The position numbers and the translations under genes are program-made. Shown here in pieces: positions 38,331-41,763 of a DNA stretch of 41,763 nucleotides. Within the stretch, counting starts at the first letter, position 1. Each line of letters starts with the position of its first letter. The stretch spans positions 1-41,763 of the forward strand of contig WLWV01000001.1 in assembly GCA_012103395.1 (NCBI GenBank), given 5' to 3'. The notes below the pieces were generated by a model that saw nothing but the letters and a program-made list of their open reading frames with translations, was not told the origin of the DNA and did no database searches. The DNA comes from Gammaproteobacteria bacterium (lineage in GTDB: Bacteria > Pseudomonadota > Gammaproteobacteria > Arenicellales > Poriferihabitantaceae).

Positions 38331-38389
38331 TTTTAGTCTTTCATTAAAACCTTCCATGGTTTTCTAAAGAAATTCAGCTAGAATGGAGA

Positions 38390-38866
38390 TCACCCAGCGA
38401 AATCATCAAAGTGTGAAGCATTAAATCCCCGCTGTTGCAGAAATCGTGCTTGCCTAGCCCACTCGCGGTAATTATCCACAGGGGCTGTGCCAAATTTTTT
38501 TTCTCTGACCTGTTTCGCCAAATCCCGCCATCCATCTTCGTAGGGTTTCATCACCTGCTCAACAATGCATGAATCAATCTGATTCTGACTAAGCTCATGA
38601 TACAACTTAAGCGGGCCTTTACCCTGATTAAACCTTGAACGGCATAACATTTCAGCAAAACGTAGGTCAGATTGTATGTTCTTTTGAATAAGGCGTCCTA
38701 TCAATTCATCGATCAACATTGGGGATGCCAAGGGACAAAGTTTGCTACGCAACTCAAATTCACTGTGCTCACGCCTCGCGAGCAAACCAAATGCCTTTTC
38801 CCGAATGGCGTTGTATTCGTCTTTAAGAGTATCAGCCAGATGTGCGCTTTCTAATTCATCAGACAT
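38390..38866 (-). CDS. recX: Recombination regulator RecX
   Basis: 158-aa ORF in the conserved position immediately downstream of recA. It has a RecX-like helical-repeat composition (ARREHSEFELRSKL, RFAEMLCRSRFNQGKGPLKL). Confidence 0.85.
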   Translation of the reverse strand: MSDELESAHLADTLKDEYNAIREKAFGLLARREHSEFELRSKLCPLASPMLIDELIGRLIQKNIQSDLRFAEMLCRSRFNQGKGPLKLYHELSQNQIDSCIVEQVMKPYEDGWRDLAKQVREKKFGTAPVDNYREWARQARFLQQRGFNASHFDDFAG

Positions 38867-38998
38867 TCCGGATCCTTTGAGCCACTTAAGTTCGGGCCAA
38901 TGCTAAGTAAACAGGGTCGTTTTTATAGAGCACATTTCCAAAACACCGGAGTCAACTGTAGAAGATACAAATCACTCTAACGTCGATAGCATTTGCTA

Positions 38999-40033
38999 CT
39001 ATTTTGTCCCCTTGGCTTCTGGTGCCTCTTTTTCAGCAGGAGTCACTAAACCTTTCTTTTCACGAATAGTGCGTTCGATCTCTTCTGCCATTTGCGGATT
39101 TTCTTTCAGAAACTCTCTCACATTATCACGCCCTTGCCCAATACGATCAGAACCATAACTATACCAAGCGCCTGACTTCTCCACTGCGCCCACTTCAACA
39201 CCAAGATCAATCAACTCACCATGTTTTGAGATACCTTGGTTATACAGAATATCGAATTCCGTCTGTTTGAATGGTGGCGCTACCTTATTCTTAACTACTT
39301 TAACCCGAGTTTGGTTACCAAGGATTTCATCACCCTTTTTAATCGCACCTATTCGCCTTATATCCATTCGAACCGAAGAGTAAAACTTCAGCGCATTACC
39401 GCCCGTGGTAGTTTCAGGATTACCAAACATCACACCAATTTTTATTCTGATTTGGTTGATGAATATCACCATGGTATTTGAACGCTTGATGTTACCAGTC
39501 AGTTTTCTCAGCGCCTGCGACATTAGGCGCGCCTGTAGCCCAACATGGGTATCCCCCATGTCTCCTTCAATTTCTGCCTTGGGTGTTAATGCTGCAACAG
39601 AATCGACAATCACAACATCTACCGCAGCAGATCGAACCAGCATATCCGCAATCTCGAGCGCCTGTTCTCCGGTATCGGGCTGAGAAACCAACAAATCATC
39701 AATATTGACTCCCAACTTCTTTGCATATGAAGGATCTAACGCATGTTCCGCATCGATGAACGCCGCGGTACCACCTTTCTTTTGCGCTTCAGCGATGACT
39801 GATAATGTCAAGGTTGTCTTGCCTGAAGACTCAGGTCCATAAACCTCAATGACCCTTCCCCTAGGCAAACCACCAACTCCCAGCGCAATATCAAGACCAA
39901 TCGAACCGGTGGAGAAAACCTCAATGTCTTTGGAGATCGAAGAATCCCCCAATCTCATTACGGAACCTTTGCCAAACTGTCGATCTATCTGCCCAAGTGC
40001 GGCATCAAGTGCTTTACGCTTGTTATCATCCAT
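38999..40033 (-). CDS. recA: Recombinase RecA
   Basis: 344-aa ORF with Walker [11 protein letters not shown], the L1/L2 regions and [26 protein letters not shown]. Confidence 0.97.
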   Translation of the reverse strand: MDDNKRKALDAALGQIDRQFGKGSVMRLGDSSISKDIEVFSTGSIGLDIALGVGGLPRGRVIEVYGPESSGKTTLTLSVIAEAQKKGGTAAFIDAEHALDPSYAKKLGVNIDDLLVSQPDTGEQALEIADMLVRSAAVDVVIVDSVAALTPKAEIEGDMGDTHVGLQARLMSQALRKLTGNIKRSNTMVIFINQIRIKIGVMFGNPETTTGGNALKFYSSVRMDIRRIGAIKKGDEILGNQTRVKVVKNKVAPPFKQTEFDILYNQGISKHGELIDLGVEVGAVEKSGAWYSYGSDRIGQGRDNVREFLKENPQMAEEIERTIREKKGLVTPAEKEAPEAKGTK

Positions 40034-40051
40034 ATGAATATCTCTTCTCGT

Positions 40052-40378
40052 CTAAGTTAGATTTGGTTTGAGTACAGATACGTCAGCCATTATATTTTCC
40101 ATGTCCGCGCGCATCTTCTCTGGATACATGTTCATATCGAGTCCCCTCTGCATAACGAACTCAAGTAACGAATCCTGCGAAAAGCCTTCTCGCGAGAACC
40201 CGAGGTCACACCACCAGTTAGCAACAGTAAAGTGCAGATAATCTGATCTTAGAAAGCGTGTTAATAAAGTCACAAAAAACAGATGCAAAGGCGCCTCGTT
40301 AGTTTTATGACTTACCACCAACCGCTCTCTAATGAGCGTCTTATTTCTCATATAACCACTAATGAGATTATCCCACAA
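40052..40378 (-). CDS. Hypothetical protein directly upstream of recA
   Basis: 108-codon ORF ending 18 nt before the recA ATG. The track start at 40378 is TTG and the first ATG is at 40351. Composition is protein-like but I recognise no family, so it may not be expressed. Confidence 0.35.
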   Translation of the reverse strand: MWDNLISGYMRNKTLIRERLVVSHKTNEAPLHLFFVTLLTRFLRSDYLHFTVANWWCDLGFSREGFSQDSLLEFVMQRGLDMNMYPEKMRADMENIMADVSVLKPNLT

Positions 40379-40561
40379 CCAACATTAATCCACTAGTCCA
40401 GTGCCGCCATTACCTCAAAGCAATGACCAAAGGAATGCCAGTAGGCTAATAAGTTGTTTTTGTCAGAAAGATGACAAGTACCCCATAAAATTTGGAGCAC
40501 ATTCATCGCAAAAATACGGCAAAATAGCCGAATGTCTAATACGTAAACTATCAATAAAATA

Positions 40562-41422
40562 ATGCCCTCCAATTCTAAAGATAAAAACCGGCACAGGAGC
40601 AAAAAAATTGACGAAAAAGTCGGTAAAACAACCATTGCACAAACCGCAGATCGCCATGAGTATTACGAAAAAGCAGTTCAGTGTGTCGAGGCGGAGATAG
40701 ATATTGTTGATGAGACATATAAGGCCATTCGGGGTAAACGGGCGAAACTACTAAGGGAAGATTTTTGTGGTACTGGAAACACCAGTTGTGAATGGATAAG
40801 ACGAAGGAAAACCAATTTTGCAGTGGGGCTTGATCTCGATCAAAGCGTACTGGATTGGGGGCTTGACAATAACCTCTCGAAATTAGACGACCAGCAAAGA
40901 AACCGCATCCAATTAACCAATCAGGACGTCCTAACGGGGCACGGCAAGACTGTCGACCTTATACTGGCGATGAACTTTAGTTATCAACTATTTAAAACCA
41001 GGGATCAACTACGGCGATATTTCGCCAGTGCTCGCGATGGGTTAAGACAGGATGGATTATTTTTTATCGATGCCTACGGTGGATATGACTCTTACAAAAC
41101 CGTTAAGGAGAAAACTAAATATGATGACTTTACCTATTATTGGCATCAAAAAAAGTACAACCCTATAAATGGGCACATGCTTTGCCATATCCATTTTAAA
41201 TTTAACGACGGATCGAAAATGAAAAAGGCATTCACTTATGATTGGCGCTTGTGGACGTTACCGGAGCTTAGGGAACTGTTGCAGGAAGCAGGTTTCACAA
41301 AGTCCACCGTTTACTGGGAAGGAACTGATGAACAAACAGGCGAGGGGAATGGCAAATACTCACCAACGGAAAAGGGAGATGATGACCCCAGTTGGATCGC
41401 CTACGTCGTCGCTGAAAAATAG
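40562..41422 (+). CDS. Class I SAM-dependent methyltransferase
   Basis: 286-aa ORF with motif I LREDFCGTGN and post-I/II elements (VGLDLD, DLILAMNFSY). Confidence 0.8.
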   Translation: MPSNSKDKNRHRSKKIDEKVGKTTIAQTADRHEYYEKAVQCVEAEIDIVDETYKAIRGKRAKLLREDFCGTGNTSCEWIRRRKTNFAVGLDLDQSVLDWGLDNNLSKLDDQQRNRIQLTNQDVLTGHGKTVDLILAMNFSYQLFKTRDQLRRYFASARDGLRQDGLFFIDAYGGYDSYKTVKEKTKYDDFTYYWHQKKYNPINGHMLCHIHFKFNDGSKMKKAFTYDWRLWTLPELRELLQEAGFTKSTVYWEGTDEQTGEGNGKYSPTEKGDDDPSWIAYVVAEK

Positions 41423-41561
41423 GGACAGAAAAATAGGGATCCATAAACAATCACCTGTTCACGATGCTCTGGGAACGAATGAGAAGAACGATATGATCTC
41501 AAATAGCTATCCGACCTATTAGAACATCATCAAATTACTCTAATCAGAATAAAGACCAATT

Positions 41562-41633
41562 ATGAACATCATTCACAGCGAAGATCACCGGCTTCACTTT
41601 CCAAAAGGAGAGTTATCTGGAGGAGAACTGGTA
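41562..41633 (+). pseudogene. 5' fragment (24 codons) of an acetylpolyamine amidohydrolase / histone-deacetylase-family gene
   Basis: MNIIHSEDHRLHFPKGELSGGELV matches about 15 of 24 residues of the recalled Mycoplana ramosa APAH N-terminus (MRVIFSEDHKLRNAKTELYGGELVPPFE...). After codon 24 the frame reads RCRSSDLS and stops, so family similarity is lost. Confidence 0.55.
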
Positions 41634-41636
41634 AGG

Positions 41637-41763
41637 TGTAGAAGTTCAGACTTGAGCTGACAGTTACCCGTTTATCAGTAGCTGTCTGTCAGATAGAGTT
41701 TAGTTTACAAACTTTTCTTTCCAGATCGCTTTACCGTCGATGAGTGTTTCCATCGGCGTTCTC
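41637..41763. mobile_element. Putative end of an inserted element that truncates the APAH-like gene
   Basis: It begins TGTAGAAGTTCAGACTTGAGCTGACAG immediately after the homology breakpoint. A CTGACAG...CTGTCAG subterminal inverted repeat is present. A minus-strand ORF tail (...METLIDGKAIWKEKFVN, stop at about 41700-41702) runs off the window. The 27-nt terminal motif resembles 134-161 at the other window edge. Confidence 0.3.

Noticed and set aside
40393-40657. Two overlapping minus-strand ORFs (80 and 64 aa) in the recA-upstream / methyltransferase promoter region.
   Set aside because: They overlap each other and the 5' end of the methyltransferase gene. They are hydrophobic and low-complexity with no Shine-Dalgarno, so they are likely spurious.
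1-41763. CRISPR arrays, rRNA genes, prophage, toxin-antitoxin or defence-system gene clusters.
   Set aside because: I saw no regularly spaced direct repeats, no rRNA-like sequence and no ORFs with nuclease, ATPase, reverse-transcriptase or other defence-type signatures. Most of the window is housekeeping metabolism, a chemosensory cluster and the recA-alaS region.

Overview
The window is a 41.8-kb chromosomal segment, roughly mid-40s %GC by eye. It looks gammaproteobacterial because recA-recX-alaS-lysC-csrA-tRNA-Ser-tRNA-Arg sit in the order I recall from Pseudomonas-type genomes.

Layout:
- 1-365: 3' end of an IS256/Mutator-like transposase ORF plus non-coding DNA.
- 366-12377, all on the minus strand: a DJ-1/PfpI protein, then a one-carbon/central-carbon block. 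The block holds malyl-CoA lyase, formate-THF ligase, a Cys-type NAD-linked formate dehydrogenase (alpha subunit plus a fused gamma-beta subunit), succinyl-CoA-synthetase-type ligase subunits and pyruvate kinase.
- 12541-13776 (+): a Cys/Met-metabolism PLP enzyme gene broken by a 28+2 nt tandem duplication that creates an in-frame TAG.
- 13842-18374 (-): pgk, tkt and an inositol-monophosphatase-family gene.
- 18494-27844 (-): a Pil-Chp type IV pilus chemosensory cluster, pilG-pilI-pilJ-chpA-chpC, with no pilH, pilK or chpB.
- 27845-33597: the least housekeeping-like part. It holds a 140-bp long-stem palindromic element, an orphan 2OG-Fe(II)-oxygenase-like gene, an AsnC/Lrp regulator, a DmdA-like GcvT-family aminomethyltransferase and an ECHDC3-like crotonase. 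It abuts the 3' end of tRNA-Arg.
- 33598-41422: tRNA-Arg, tRNA-Ser, csrA (with a long acidic tail), lysC, alaS, recX, recA, a small unknown ORF and a SAM-dependent methyltransferase.
- 41562-41763: an acetylpolyamine-amidohydrolase/HDAC-like gene that stops resembling the family after codon 24, at a junction with foreign-looking DNA.

I found no CRISPR array, no rRNA, no defence-island-like cluster and no clearly new multi-gene system. The best candidates for novelty are the oxygenase/AsnC/DmdA-like/crotonase islet, the one-carbon block with an ambiguous CoA ligase, and several structured non-coding elements.

CDS coordinates come from the supplied ORF track, which renders TTG and GTG starts as M. 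Features I indexed by hand (tRNAs, hairpins, repeats) may be off by 1-2 nt.
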